A stretch of 59,558 bases of DNA. It comes from Anaerolineales bacterium (GTDB taxonomy: Bacteria > Chloroflexota > Anaerolineae > Anaerolineales > E44-bin32). The stretch covers positions 1-59,558 of the forward strand of contig JBARSI010000045.1 in the NCBI GenBank assembly GCA_049644665.1, given 5' to 3'. Made by a program: the position numbers and the translations under genes. The notes beneath the pieces are model-generated. The model was given only the letters and a program-made list of their open reading frames with translations, searched no databases and was not told the origin of the DNA. Below are positions 37,872-48,176 of this stretch, piece by piece. Positions within the stretch are counted from its first letter, which is position 1. Each line of letters begins with the position of its first letter.

Positions 37872-39794
37872 TTATTCCACCTTCCGAGCAACCACCTCTT
37901 CTGAGGCGACTGCCCCCCGTTCCATGTTCGCTATTGTATCGGCAACTGCTTCGATGGCTACTCGTTGTTTCCGGTATAGATCCGCCTCAGACATCGCCAA
38001 TTTCATAGCGACATCTCTTACTTTTCTACCCTGCAGAAACTTCATTTCTAGAATATTGTACAGCATCCACTCAGCCGTGAACCGGCGCTCACCTTCTGGT
38101 CGTACTTGGTCGATCGCATGGCGAAGGATCGCTCTTAATGCGTTCACGGGGTTCCCCTCATGCTCATCCGCTGCCCGCCTGACTACACGCAGCCCAAGCA
38201 GCGGGCTGCTGGTAAGCCGAGGTCCGCCCCAGTAATGCCCAAGCGCTTCACGCACAAACTCCATCAAATCCTCTTCAGATCCAATTCCTTCTACCGGGGC
38301 TGTGAGCGCGTCCGAACCGGCGTAACGTGCTTCAGCACGTATTCTTTGGATCGTCTCGACCTGGGGTACGAGCCGATCGACGATCGCGAAAACCTCTAGC
38401 TGCAATTTCCTCTCCGTCAGCGCAATCGTGGCTCGCTCAAGAAGTGTGCGTAGATATTCCTCTTCTTCTTCCGTGAAATCGGGTAAAGAGTCCCGCGCGC
38501 GTAGACCCATGAAGCCGATGACCTCCGCGGGATTGGTGAGTCGCAAGGGAATTAACCAGAACACATCCCAAGAGAAGACATCCCCCAGGACATCAAACTT
38601 CTGGCGGTGATCGGTGACCATCAAAGGGGGAAGCTCCTTCGATCCCCGAAGCGGGTCTTCAGAACCAACCGCGATCTCCATTTCCAGCCCGTCCGCCCCA
38701 ACGATCGCAACAAATGCTGAATCGATCCTGAGTAGGTCACAGGTCGCATTGAGGATGGATTCGAGAAATTGCCTGAGATCCCCACTCGTGAGCAATCGTT
38801 CTTCCAATAACTGAAGACGAGCGACATCACCGCGATCCTCGCCATAAAAAAACCAGAGTTCAACCGGGCGGCGTACAAGAGTAATCAGGTATTGGAGAAT
38901 GAGGATGGATGCAACCATGGTGAAGGGGACTACACGACTATTTTCATATCCAAACATCACTGCAACCCGATTCACAATGACGGTAAGGGCCAGCACTGTA
39001 GATGCCACAAAAGGTCCGCGAAATATCCATTGAAACAACCGCGCCTTCACCACACGATCCGGAATCTCAACACCGAAATATGCTACGGCATAGGACATTA
39101 ACACCATCTGGACCGCAACGAAGGTATTGATGACGATTAAAATACCCCAGAAAAGAATGCTTTGTGAAACAAATATTGATCCCCCTAGCATCACCCAGGG
39201 ATACGCCGCAAGCAATGGCCCAATTGAGCCTGCCAAGAGGTAGCGCATCCGTCTTTTGCTAGAGCGTGTCAGGCAGCGTTTATATGCCCGCCAGAAGTTA
39301 AAACCCGCCAGAATTAAGTTGATAAGCAAGAAAACACTGAATAGCGGAAAGAGTGGTCCGGGGCGTAAATAGACTACCGAGTCGGCATGAACGACCTCAC
39401 CGGCGACCAACCGGCCGAATGCGACCCCTGCTAATGTTAGCCCGCTGAGAAGATAGCTCAATCCGACGAGGCGCGATCGACGACCTCTTGAGGGTCTTCC
39501 CGTAGCTGCCAGAAGAGCATCGGAAAGTTGCAGATAGGCAGCGGGCACAAAACTAATGCCCAGCCATTGTAACCGGAGCCATACCTCAGTCTCTGCAGGG
39601 TAATTGGTTGTGGCGACGAGCACATCACCAAAATACACAACTGCCACACAGGCCAATAACACCGCCAGGGATCGCGCCACCTTTTCACGCATGTTGAAGG
39701 TCAGCGCGTAGAGAAGCAGCGAGAATGCCGTAATCGTGTTCCCGGCAGTTAGGATCTGGTTCAGAATGAGCAGTGGTGCAACCATGTCAGACAT
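37872..39794 (-). CDS. Polytopic membrane sensor: N-terminal multi-TM (7TM-type) region, GAF-like domain, C-terminal sigma70-region-4-like HTH
   Basis: 640 aa with about 8 TM helices. GAF-like LRQFLESILNATCDLLRIDSAFVAIVG. C-terminal WMLYNILEMKFLQGRKVRDVAMKLAMSEADLYRKQRVAIEAVA. Confidence 0.55.
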   Translation of the reverse strand: MSDMVAPLLILNQILTAGNTITAFSLLLYALTFNMREKVARSLAVLLACVAVVYFGDVLVATTNYPAETEVWLRLQWLGISFVPAAYLQLSDALLAATGRPSRGRRSRLVGLSYLLSGLTLAGVAFGRLVAGEVVHADSVVYLRPGPLFPLFSVFLLINLILAGFNFWRAYKRCLTRSSKRRMRYLLAGSIGPLLAAYPWVMLGGSIFVSQSILFWGILIVINTFVAVQMVLMSYAVAYFGVEIPDRVVKARLFQWIFRGPFVASTVLALTVIVNRVAVMFGYENSRVVPFTMVASILILQYLITLVRRPVELWFFYGEDRGDVARLQLLEERLLTSGDLRQFLESILNATCDLLRIDSAFVAIVGADGLEMEIAVGSEDPLRGSKELPPLMVTDHRQKFDVLGDVFSWDVFWLIPLRLTNPAEVIGFMGLRARDSLPDFTEEEEEYLRTLLERATIALTERKLQLEVFAIVDRLVPQVETIQRIRAEARYAGSDALTAPVEGIGSEEDLMEFVREALGHYWGGPRLTSSPLLGLRVVRRAADEHEGNPVNALRAILRHAIDQVRPEGERRFTAEWMLYNILEMKFLQGRKVRDVAMKLAMSEADLYRKQRVAIEAVADTIANMERGAVASEEVVARKVE

Positions 39795-39812
39795 AAAGAT
39801 TATGGTTGGATC

Positions 39813-40355
39813 TCAACCAATTTCCAGAGCAAAAAAAAGGGCAATATCCTGATCCGGATAGTACAGATCACTATATCCGGAGTATATGAATCCTGTTCTC
39901 CGAGCGAGGCAGATCGCAGGGTAGTTCTTAGTCTGCATTTCCATGAACAGCAGTCTCCTATCCCTGATTCGACACCACTCCTTTCCAGCAGCAAGCAATC
40001 TTGATGCTATCCCCTTCCTCCTGAAGCGCAAATCTACGACTACATCGGTTATCCACCCGGAGCCTTCAGCAGGGCCATCGCTCAGCGCCAAGTATCCAGC
40101 AAGCTGCTCTTCTACCTCCACCAGGAGCAGTGCCTCCAGATGAGTCCACTCATCCGCCAGGCGTTTAGGATCTCTTGGGTAAACGACCTGCATCGGGCGC
40201 GGCAATCGCACTTCTCTAAGGGTCGTCCCGATTTCGCTTGGCTGCTCGTGGAAGGAGAGCTGCCAGACATGATCAGTGCTATATCCATGATCTAAGGATA
40301 TTAACCCGGGGATGTCACTTGAAATTGCCTGGCGTACAGAAGTTTGTTCAATCAT
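39813..40355 (-). CDS. GNAT N-acetyltransferase
   Basis: 180 aa. VVVDLRFRRKGIASRLL. Confidence 0.75.
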   Translation of the reverse strand: MIEQTSVRQAISSDIPGLISLDHGYSTDHVWQLSFHEQPSEIGTTLREVRLPRPMQVVYPRDPKRLADEWTHLEALLLVEVEEQLAGYLALSDGPAEGSGWITDVVVDLRFRRKGIASRLLAAGKEWCRIRDRRLLFMEMQTKNYPAICLARRTGFIYSGYSDLYYPDQDIALFFALEIG

Positions 40356-40378
40356 CGCAACCTTTGGCCCTCATTGGG

Positions 40379-41080
40379 CTATTGTGGGACAATTTGCAGC
40401 CGGATCTGGCAAGGGAACGGAGCGTTCCCGAGCGTATCAGTAACGACCAACTGAACTGCATACTGACCAGGCCGGACCAGGCTTGTGTCCCAGGTTCCCA
40501 ATTTTTCTGTCTCGTCGCATTCTTGCTTGCATACGGGTTGATTACTGGCTGAGATTGCCAGCCAGGTGCTCGAGGGCTTCAAATCGTGGTATTCAAGCTT
40601 ATAGAATGCAAAACCCGGTATATTTGCGGTCCCTAAAAAACGCACCTCGCCCTGGACTCTTTCGCCGCTTTCCGGGGAGGTGATCGTAGCATTAAGATTT
40701 GCGCAACCTATGCCATCAATGCTGGCAGGGTCGATCGGTGTCGCTGTAGAAACTACGGTTCCCTCCTCTCCCTGACCAGAAATGGGGGTTTCAAGCAGGG
40801 AAACCGTCGGCATCGGTGTGGGACGCAGCGAGGCAGGAAGAGATGGGGTCGCGAAGGTCGTCAAGATGAATACCACGATGATGCCCGTAGCTGCGAGAGC
40901 AAGCATTCCACCTGAGCGTCGTAGTTTGGAGAGGGAGCGTTCTCGCTCCAAACCATAGATCGACGCTCGAAAAGTGTTATAAGCTCGCAGAACCGACCCA
41001 AAATACACCAGCCCGAGCAAACCTAGAAGGAGGAAAATCCATCTCTGGTTAGTCTCGATGAACAGTAAGACCTCTCCCAT
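40379..41080 (-). CDS. Membrane-anchored hypothetical protein with an extracytoplasmic beta-rich domain
   Basis: 233 aa, two TM helices, then a Cys-containing domain (GEVRFLGTANIPGFAFYKLEY..). Confidence 0.55.
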   Translation of the reverse strand: MGEVLLFIETNQRWIFLLLGLLGLVYFGSVLRAYNTFRASIYGLERERSLSKLRRSGGMLALAATGIIVVFILTTFATPSLPASLRPTPMPTVSLLETPISGQGEEGTVVSTATPIDPASIDGIGCANLNATITSPESGERVQGEVRFLGTANIPGFAFYKLEYHDLKPSSTWLAISASNQPVCKQECDETEKLGTWDTSLVRPGQYAVQLVVTDTLGNAPFPCQIRLQIVPQ

Positions 41081-41092
41081 GCATTTCCAATC

Positions 41093-41926
41093 TTATAACT
41101 CTTTCAAAACACCCCTAACCAATGCCGTCAATCTCGGGACGATCACCTCGCCTGCAGCTAAGACTTCTTCATGAGTCGTCACTGTTGAACCATCGAGGTT
41201 CGCCTTGTTACTAATACCAGATATACCCAGGACGCGCATTCCCCCATGGCGGGCAATTATCACTTCCGGAACTGTGGACATCCCGACAGCGTCAACCCCG
41301 ATCCCACGCAGGAACCGCAAATCCGCCGGGGTTTCAAACGATGGCCCAGCAAGGCAGACGTAAACACCTTCTTGCAGCGGGACATCGCTTTTATCGGCAA
41401 CGGATCTGGCGATCACCTTCAGCTCCGCATCATAAGCCTGGCTCATATCCGGAAAGCGCGGGCCATAAGCGTCTAAATTTGGACCTCTCAACGGCGAAAG
41501 ACCGGCCATTCCGATTAGATTGATATGGTCGGAGATGAGCATGAGTTCGCCGGGTAAAAATTCCGGGTGTACAGCTCCTGCGGCATTCGTGACGATTAGA
41601 ATTTCTGCCCCCAACTTTTGCATAACTCGTACCGGCAGACCTAAGCGCTCAATTGAGTGACCTTCATAGTAATGAGCACGACCCTGCAAAGCGAAAACAG
41701 GCACGCCCTCTAAATGACCAAAGACAAGTTTTCCCGAGTGTCCTTCGACCGTTGAAACAGGCCAGCCAGGGATGGAATTTACTTCAATGCGCTCCGCACC
41801 CTCGATTGCATCCGCCAGGGGGCCTAATCCGGAACCCAATATCATGCCTATCTTCGGTGCCAATGATGTCGTCTTCCTGATCGCTCCTACTGCATCGTCA
41901 ATATCTTGTTCACGAATAAATTCCAT
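41093..41926 (-). CDS. punA: Purine nucleoside phosphorylase (PunA type)
   Basis: 277 aa. GRAHYYEGHS, VGMSTVPEVIIARHGGMRVLGIS. Confidence 0.9.
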   Translation of the reverse strand: MEFIREQDIDDAVGAIRKTTSLAPKIGMILGSGLGPLADAIEGAERIEVNSIPGWPVSTVEGHSGKLVFGHLEGVPVFALQGRAHYYEGHSIERLGLPVRVMQKLGAEILIVTNAAGAVHPEFLPGELMLISDHINLIGMAGLSPLRGPNLDAYGPRFPDMSQAYDAELKVIARSVADKSDVPLQEGVYVCLAGPSFETPADLRFLRGIGVDAVGMSTVPEVIIARHGGMRVLGISGISNKANLDGSTVTTHEEVLAAGEVIVPRLTALVRGVLKEL

Positions 41927-41935
41927 AGTCTACCT

Positions 41936-42823
41936 CTAGTCTTCCTTTCCAGATCGACGGCGATGAATACGAACAGCGTTTGGGCTCGAAAGTCCGAGGA
42001 GTGTTTGTACTTCACGTCGAGAATTGCCTTCTTCGAGCATATGACTTGCTCGGGAATGTCGCAAGGTGTGAGGAGAGAGAGATCCTTCCAACTCGCTTGC
42101 AGCCGCCCAGCGTTTGACGACCAGCCACAATCCTTGCCGGCTCAATCCCTGACCACGTTGGTTTAGGAAAAGTACGTTCTCGACGATGTTGCGGGCGAAG
42201 TGAGGTCGCCCATCATTTAAATATATTTTCAGGAGTTCAAGTGATTCGGGAATCAAGTACCAATGGACGCGATCAGGGGGTCTTCGAAGGCGTCCATTAG
42301 CAAGATCGACATCCGTCATCCGCAGGCGAACCATATCCGTGGCTCGTAATCCGGTTTCGTACAGCAACGAAAGGATCGCTGCATCCCGGATTGCACCCGG
42401 AGAAAAATGTTTTCGTGGCGCCAACAGCAACCGATCCAATTCAGGCTTGCTGAGCGTCCGTGGCTGGGTTCTTCCTAACGCCGGTCCTTTTAGCAATTTA
42501 CGGAAGCGACGGACATCCACAAGACCCTGGTCAGAAAGAAACTCAATGTAAGACCTGGCGGCAGCATGCTTGCGGGAGACTGTCGCCGGTCGGTAGCCCT
42601 GTGCCTGAAGCCAATCCACATAATGGGTGATCGCCGACGGAGTTAGCGCATCAGGAGCTAACGGCATACCCAAATAACTGGCGAGAACACTATAGAACTG
42701 ATTGAGATCGGTGCGATACGCAGAAATTGTATGCTCCGAGGCACTGCGTTCATTTTGGAGTTCGTCAAGATATTGTCGAATGGAGAGCTTCATTGGGTCT
42801 CCCGGCTGCTCCTTTAAGCTCAT
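41936..42823 (-). CDS. XerD-like tyrosine-recombinase-family protein, apparently lacking the second His and the nucleophilic Tyr
   Basis: 295 aa. N-terminal SAM-like domain, ETGLRATD (Arg), HTLRHSRASH (H-x-x-R). The C-terminus reads LLGLSSPNAVRIHRRRSGKED where LGH..(T)QIYTH is expected. Confidence 0.8.
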   Translation of the reverse strand: MSLKEQPGDPMKLSIRQYLDELQNERSASEHTISAYRTDLNQFYSVLASYLGMPLAPDALTPSAITHYVDWLQAQGYRPATVSRKHAAARSYIEFLSDQGLVDVRRFRKLLKGPALGRTQPRTLSKPELDRLLLAPRKHFSPGAIRDAAILSLLYETGLRATDMVRLRMTDVDLANGRLRRPPDRVHWYLIPESLELLKIYLNDGRPHFARNIVENVLFLNQRGQGLSRQGLWLVVKRWAAASELEGSLSPHTLRHSRASHMLEEGNSRREVQTLLGLSSPNAVRIHRRRSGKED

Positions 42824-42962
42824 TTTACATTATATCATCGGGCTGAATAAACTTACCATAATTGCACCCCCTTTCAGGTAACTTTGGAAATATGATGCGG
42901 AACTAAAAAAACCCCTCTAGAGATCGGATGCTTACTGGTAGCTGAAACTTCAAGGTTTGAAT

Positions 42963-43001
42963 CAAAAGTCTCCCAGTATGGCGTAATCATACTGGGAGAC
43001 T
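42963..43001 (-). terminator. Rho-independent terminator of degV
   Basis: Perfect 13-bp stem AGTCTCCCAGTAT/ATACTGGGAGACT with a 9-nt loop, followed on the minus strand by TTTT. Confidence 0.75.
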
Positions 43002-43072
43002 CGAATGATAGGATTATTTAAACGATGTGTCGACCCACTCTTATCCAGATGCTTGTTTGAATCGATAAATAA

Positions 43073-43924
43073 TCAATCCGTGCTGTAGGCCATTCCTACA
43101 GTCCCGGGGCCGACGTTCGCACCGACAGCCGGGCTGACTTCAGCCATGATAACCTCGACAGGACTAAACCTTTCCTCTGCTTCTTTGAGTAATTCTATCG
43201 CTTCCTCTTCGGCCGCTGCGTGTAGACTCGCCAAGCGTACGTTCTGCTTACCCTCGAGCTTTTCCCCCACAACATCTAACAGTCTGGCTTTGGCTTTTGT
43301 TTTAGATCTCACTTTCTCAAAAGCCTCCACTTGCCCGCCTTCAACTTGGAGAAGTGGTTTCAAGCTTAGCGCCGTGCCGAGCAATTTCGATGCACCCCCG
43401 ATACGACCATTGCGGTGGAGGTATTCGAGCGTATCCACAACAAAGAATATCCCTGTGTGATTTTTCGCTTCTCGAGCGATTTCAACCACTTCTTCAAAAG
43501 ATTTCCCCGCCTCGACTGCACGGGCTGCCGCTAAAACATGAAATCCTAATTCCATTGATACTGACGTCGAGTTTATTAGCTCGATTTTCGCATCCGGGAA
43601 GTTCTCCTTCGCTAAAGTTGCAGACTGCAAAGTCCCCGAGAGCTTCGGAGATACGTGAATGCCGATGATGGATTTACCCTCAGCAACCAGTGGCCCATAG
43701 ATCTCATCGAAATCGGTAACTGTGGCTTGTGATGTTGATGGAATATCCGCACTCTTCTTCAAGCGAGCATAGAACTCAGAAGGGAGCATCTCCAATCCGT
43801 CGCGATACATTTCCTTACCACCATCCCAGATTGAATAGGATGCGGCGACTTTAATGTCATATTGATCTATGAGTTTTTGGGGTAAATAAGCTGTACTATC
43901 CGTAATAATGGCAATTTTCGACAT
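43073..43924 (-). CDS. DegV family fatty-acid-binding protein
   Basis: 283 aa. KIAIITDSTAYLP, TSQ, typical DegV length. Confidence 0.9.
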   Translation of the reverse strand: MSKIAIITDSTAYLPQKLIDQYDIKVAASYSIWDGGKEMYRDGLEMLPSEFYARLKKSADIPSTSQATVTDFDEIYGPLVAEGKSIIGIHVSPKLSGTLQSATLAKENFPDAKIELINSTSVSMELGFHVLAAARAVEAGKSFEEVVEIAREAKNHTGIFFVVDTLEYLHRNGRIGGASKLLGTALSLKPLLQVEGGQVEAFEKVRSKTKAKARLLDVVGEKLEGKQNVRLASLHAAAEEEAIELLKEAEERFSPVEVIMAEVSPAVGANVGPGTVGMAYSTD

Positions 43925-44014
43925 CCGTTCCTCTCCTTAGTCTATAACTGCAGCGATTAATGCTCTAAAGGGGGTTAACCCCTAAAGCGTTGAGAGGTTG
44001 CGGTTTTCTGTAAT

Positions 44015-45739
44015 CTATCCTCGGGATTTTAGCCACTTCTGGAGCTTTTCCAGCGGCCAAGTATTCACGATCGAGGCAGCGTCCGCCCAGGCACGCTGTG
44101 CCGTTCCCACCCCAAATCTGCGGAAGGCCAAATGATCAGGATGGTGCGCATCGGTATTGATCGCCAGCCGGCAGCCAGATTCAAGCGCTTGCCGGGCATG
44201 GGTATCTTTCAAATCCAACCGTTCAGGATTGGAGTTGATCTCCAGCACCACTCCGTGCTCTGCCGCCGTTTGAAGAATGGCCTCAATATCCAAGTCAGCC
44301 GGGTCCCGCTTTCCAATAAGGCGACCCGTAAGATGCCCGATGATGTCGATGTGCGGATTCTTGATCGTTCGCAGCAAGCGACCTGTTACCCGCTCGCGCG
44401 GTTGACGCATCGATGAGTGCAATGAGGCGATCACGATGTCCAATTCTCGCAAAACATCATCTGGATAATCCAGCTCCCCATTCGCAAGGATGTCCACCTC
44501 ACTGCCTTGAAGCAAAAACAGCTTCTTCCCAATTTTCCTTTGCACTTGCTTGATCTCTACCCGCTGCGCACTCAAGTCCTCGATCGAGAGTCCTCCAGCG
44601 ATGCCGAGGCTGCGGGAATGGTCCGAGATCACTAGATACTCCATCCCCAGATCGATGGCAGCTTCTGCCATATCCATAATGCTCGATTCCCCATCGCTCC
44701 AATCCGAATGTGTATGCAGTTCCCCTCTTAAGTCTTCTAGCTCTAAAAGCTTTGGCAGCTTGCCTTCCTTCGCAGCTTTAATCTCACCGCGATCCTCACG
44801 CAGCGCGGGCGGGATCCATGGCAATCCCAGAACATCATAAACATCTTCCTCCTCCGCACAAAAGGTCATGCCGCCTTCTTGATCCCGGCAACCATGTTCA
44901 GAGAGTGAGAACCCCGCCTTTTGGGCAGCCTCACGTAAGCACACATTATGCCCTTGGGAACCAGTCGCATACTGCAGCGCGCTCCCAAAACGCTCTGGTG
45001 GATGAACCCAAAGCTGAACTCGAAGGCCATCGATCAATTCCACACTGGCTTTGGTCTCCCCTTGCCCCAGGACACGGTCAACTTCAGGGAAAGCGACAAA
45101 AGCCTGGATGACAGGCGTGGTATCCTGCGCGCCAACCAACAGATCCAGATCGCCGATTGTCTCCCGCATTCGGCGAAGGCTCCCCGCCACCTCTGCACGC
45201 TGAACGCCTTCAATTTCCCGCAATCGGGACAGAAGCTTCTGAGCAGTAGTCCACGCCTCATCCAGTAAGATTCGCCCCGTGAGATGTCGTTTTAGGGCAA
45301 TGATGTTCTCCAGGATACGCGCTTCTGAGCGTTCACCGATACCGCTAAGTTGGCGAAGCTTCCCTGCCCTTGCGGCCCGCTCTAACTCGTCAATCGTTGT
45401 GATGTCAAGTTCCTTCCAGAAACGAGCAGCTTTCTTCGGACCCACACCCCCAACCTTGAGAACCCCTGCCAATCCTGATGGGACATCCGTGGTTAGTTTC
45501 TCGTAGAAATCGAGGTGATCAGTGCGGAGGAGTTCGTCGATCTTCGCCGCAATCGCCTTGCCCACGCCGGGGATGGCTTCCAGATCCCTCTCCTCCCACA
45601 CCGCATTGACATCACGGCCAAGCGAACGCAGGGCTTCACCTGCCCGGCGATAAGCGACGACACGATAGACAGCCTCTCCTTTAATCTCGAGCAGGTCGGC
45701 GATCGTTTCGAAGATTTCCGCTACGTCACGATTCTTCAC
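44015..45739 (-). CDS. polX: Family X DNA polymerase with C-terminal PHP domain (PolX)
   Basis: HhH motifs (IPGVGKAIAAKI), GSLRRMRETIGDLDLLV, PHP LHTHSDWSDG. Start set at GTG 45739 (MKNRDVAEIFE..). The ORF-track start at 45784 is TTG and overlaps the upstream gene by 32 nt. Confidence 0.88.
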   Translation of the reverse strand: MKNRDVAEIFETIADLLEIKGEAVYRVVAYRRAGEALRSLGRDVNAVWEERDLEAIPGVGKAIAAKIDELLRTDHLDFYEKLTTDVPSGLAGVLKVGGVGPKKAARFWKELDITTIDELERAARAGKLRQLSGIGERSEARILENIIALKRHLTGRILLDEAWTTAQKLLSRLREIEGVQRAEVAGSLRRMRETIGDLDLLVGAQDTTPVIQAFVAFPEVDRVLGQGETKASVELIDGLRVQLWVHPPERFGSALQYATGSQGHNVCLREAAQKAGFSLSEHGCRDQEGGMTFCAEEEDVYDVLGLPWIPPALREDRGEIKAAKEGKLPKLLELEDLRGELHTHSDWSDGESSIMDMAEAAIDLGMEYLVISDHSRSLGIAGGLSIEDLSAQRVEIKQVQRKIGKKLFLLQGSEVDILANGELDYPDDVLRELDIVIASLHSSMRQPRERVTGRLLRTIKNPHIDIIGHLTGRLIGKRDPADLDIEAILQTAAEHGVVLEINSNPERLDLKDTHARQALESGCRLAINTDAHHPDHLAFRRFGVGTAQRAWADAASIVNTWPLEKLQKWLKSRG

Positions 45740-45752
45740 GCTGAATTTTCCA

Positions 45753-46409
45753 TTAGGGTCCGTGTTCCGCAAGGACTTGCACAATCTTCCAAGTTGTTCC
45801 GTCGCCCTTCATTCCAATCCCGATGAAATGGAAACCGGGACTGAGAAGCACAGAGCGTGTATCAGGATCATCAAACCATTCATCAATCGCGATCTCCCTC
45901 AAACTATCAAGTGGTTCATTCGCAGCGTAAATCAGTTCCGCTAGCTGACCGTGATAGCCCTTATCTTTGAGCATACTCTCAACGAGAATTTCCGCTGTTT
46001 CAGGGTCTTCATGGCCAAGATAATCACGTACCGACAAATCGATGGCCCTATTGTTCGCAATTTCTGTGAGTGCAGCCTGGCGGATGAGAGGAGGCCAGCC
46101 TTCCAGCGCTCTGCGAATATTGATCGCCGAGAGCAGTGCATCCATGGATGAAGAAATCACGGGATCATGATCCCCCGTGAGCATTGGTCTAATTATGGAT
46201 GGTGCATCTTCGGCCATTCCCGCGAGGGAGTCGGGTGAACCACCGTCGTGGGGGGCACTCAGAGTAATTTGCAGCGGCCTGAAGGGGAGGTCAGGGGTTT
46301 GCTGGGTTTTTAACGGGTCTTCTTCTAAAGTTTGGCCTGTGAATTGACAAGCACTGCACAGCAGAAAGGGCAGTATCGATAGACATAGAAATATGACTCT
46401 AGGTTTCAT
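45753..46409 (-). CDS. CAP/SCP-domain (YkwD-like) lipoprotein
   Basis: Start set at ATG 46409 (GAGGCGAGGTG upstream). Signal peptide with lipobox LLCSAC. CAP-like LTEIANNRAIDL..YLGHEDP..FHFIGIG. Confidence 0.7.
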   Translation of the reverse strand: MKPRVIFLCLSILPFLLCSACQFTGQTLEEDPLKTQQTPDLPFRPLQITLSAPHDGGSPDSLAGMAEDAPSIIRPMLTGDHDPVISSSMDALLSAINIRRALEGWPPLIRQAALTEIANNRAIDLSVRDYLGHEDPETAEILVESMLKDKGYHGQLAELIYAANEPLDSLREIAIDEWFDDPDTRSVLLSPGFHFIGIGMKGDGTTWKIVQVLAEHGP

Positions 46410-46612
46410 CACCTCGCCTCTAATTCGTGGATTATACTCTCCACTACGAATCACTGTGTTCAATATTATCGGCATCTATCTGAATGCCGGTCATGATCAG
46501 ATACTCGGGGTGTTACAATTTCATTGGGATTTCTAAGGATCTTTGCTTCAACAGCGTCCTTGTGCTAAGCTTTGATCCAAACTAGGAATTATTACGATAT
46601 TCGGAACGACCA

Positions 46613-46978
46613 TTGTCTAATCTAAGATCGATCATTGTTTATATCATCGACCGCCATCCGCTTGAAGTCTCTGAAACGGGACCTTTTTTTCGTTGGCTTC
46701 ACTTCGACAACGATTTTAAACGAGACTTGAAAGACCTCATCGGTCCTTATAATCCAGATCAACTCAATGTCTTGATCGACGAAAACCCTGCGGGAAGTGC
46801 CTGGCACACACTCCTCGATCGCCTTCTTCGCGACCAGGTCGAACTTGTTGTAACCCACCTCGCGCCGCTCTCCCCTGCACAACGTCAACAGCTCATCGGA
46901 GTTTGTGCCCAAGTCGGCGCGCAGCTGATCACACCCGGCGACGCAGGGCGCAACCGGGAAAATGGCAGAAATAAGTAA
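46613..46978 (+). CDS. Hypothetical protein (faint resemblance to a serine-recombinase N-domain, catalytic Ser absent)
   Basis: 121-aa ORF. ELVVTHLAPLSPAQRQQLIGVCAQVGAQLIT resembles the resolvase LVV..LDRLSR..L..G motif. Weak. Confidence 0.4.
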   Translation: MSNLRSIIVYIIDRHPLEVSETGPFFRWLHFDNDFKRDLKDLIGPYNPDQLNVLIDENPAGSAWHTLLDRLLRDQVELVVTHLAPLSPAQRQQLIGVCAQVGAQLITPGDAGRNRENGRNK

Positions 46979-47019
46979 CGATTGCTCTCCAAACCATACG
47001 CACGAATCTAGGGAAAGTT

Positions 47020-48090
47020 GTGGCACACGAATACATTGGCAACTTGCATACGCATACAAACTACTCTGATGGACATGGCAGCCATGAGGACATTGCCCTC
47101 GCGGCGATCAGGGCTGGCCTAGATTTCGTTGTCGTCACAGACCACAATGTCTGGGTCAATGGGATGGATGGATACCGCTACCTCGACCGTCAGCGAGTCC
47201 TCCTCTTGACGGGAGAGGAGATCCACGACCAGGCACGAGAACCTCAAAAGAATCACTTGTTAGCTTACGAAACACTCTGCGAACTTGGTCCGCACGCCGC
47301 AGACCCTCAGGGATTAGTAAACGCGGTCACAAGGGAGGGCGGACTATCCTTTCTCGCCCATCCAACGGACCCTGCCGCGCCTGCATTCAATGAAGATGAT
47401 CTCTCCTGGGTTGATTGGGAAGTGGAAGGGTTCACTGGTTTGGAATTATGGAACTTCATGAGCGAATTTAAAGCGCTCCTGACTTCCCTGCCTCGGGCGA
47501 TCTTCTATGCATACAATCCTAAGCTGATCTCCTCTGGACCCTTCCCGGACACCCTCGAACGCTGGGATCGTCTACTCGCTTCAGGAAAGAAGATCGTCGC
47601 CATCGGGGGAACCGATGCCCATGGCACTCCCGTGAGGCTAGGCCCACTCAGACGGATAATCTTCCCCTATGAATTCCTCTTCAGCACCGTCAATACGCAC
47701 GTTCTCCTGCGCGAACCGCTAACTGGAGATTTCGAGATCGACCGTAGACGGTTGTTTCACGCCATTCGAGAGGGGCATTGCTTCGTAGGATACGATCTCC
47801 CCTCCTCGACACGTGGATTTCGCTTTTCTGCCCAAGGAGAAAAAGGCGAGGTTGAAATGGGCGACACAACTGGGATCCGCTTTGGGGTCACGCTGAAGAT
47901 CAGCCTTCCTAAACGGGCGGAGATCCGCCTGTTGCGTGATGGTGAGGAAATTCACCGATGGGACTTCCAGGAAACCGCAGTGCACACTGTCAACCAGCCA
48001 GGTGTGTACCGCGCTGAAGCTTATATACGTTACAAAGGGAAGCTGCGCAGCTGGATCTTCAGCAATCCCATATTCATCACCTCCAAATAG
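47020..48090 (+). CDS. PHP-domain metallohydrolase (CehA/McbA-like)
   Basis: 356 aa with a GTG start. [33 protein letters not shown]. Confidence 0.75.
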   Translation: MAHEYIGNLHTHTNYSDGHGSHEDIALAAIRAGLDFVVVTDHNVWVNGMDGYRYLDRQRVLLLTGEEIHDQAREPQKNHLLAYETLCELGPHAADPQGLVNAVTREGGLSFLAHPTDPAAPAFNEDDLSWVDWEVEGFTGLELWNFMSEFKALLTSLPRAIFYAYNPKLISSGPFPDTLERWDRLLASGKKIVAIGGTDAHGTPVRLGPLRRIIFPYEFLFSTVNTHVLLREPLTGDFEIDRRRLFHAIREGHCFVGYDLPSSTRGFRFSAQGEKGEVEMGDTTGIRFGVTLKISLPKRAEIRLLRDGEEIHRWDFQETAVHTVNQPGVYRAEAYIRYKGKLRSWIFSNPIFITSK

Positions 48091-48176
48091 CCTCCGGCCA
48101 GGCTAATCGAGCCCCTGAACCCCGGGAACAAGACCCACTCGCATGTTATAATAACCCGCACATATGTTCGATTCCG

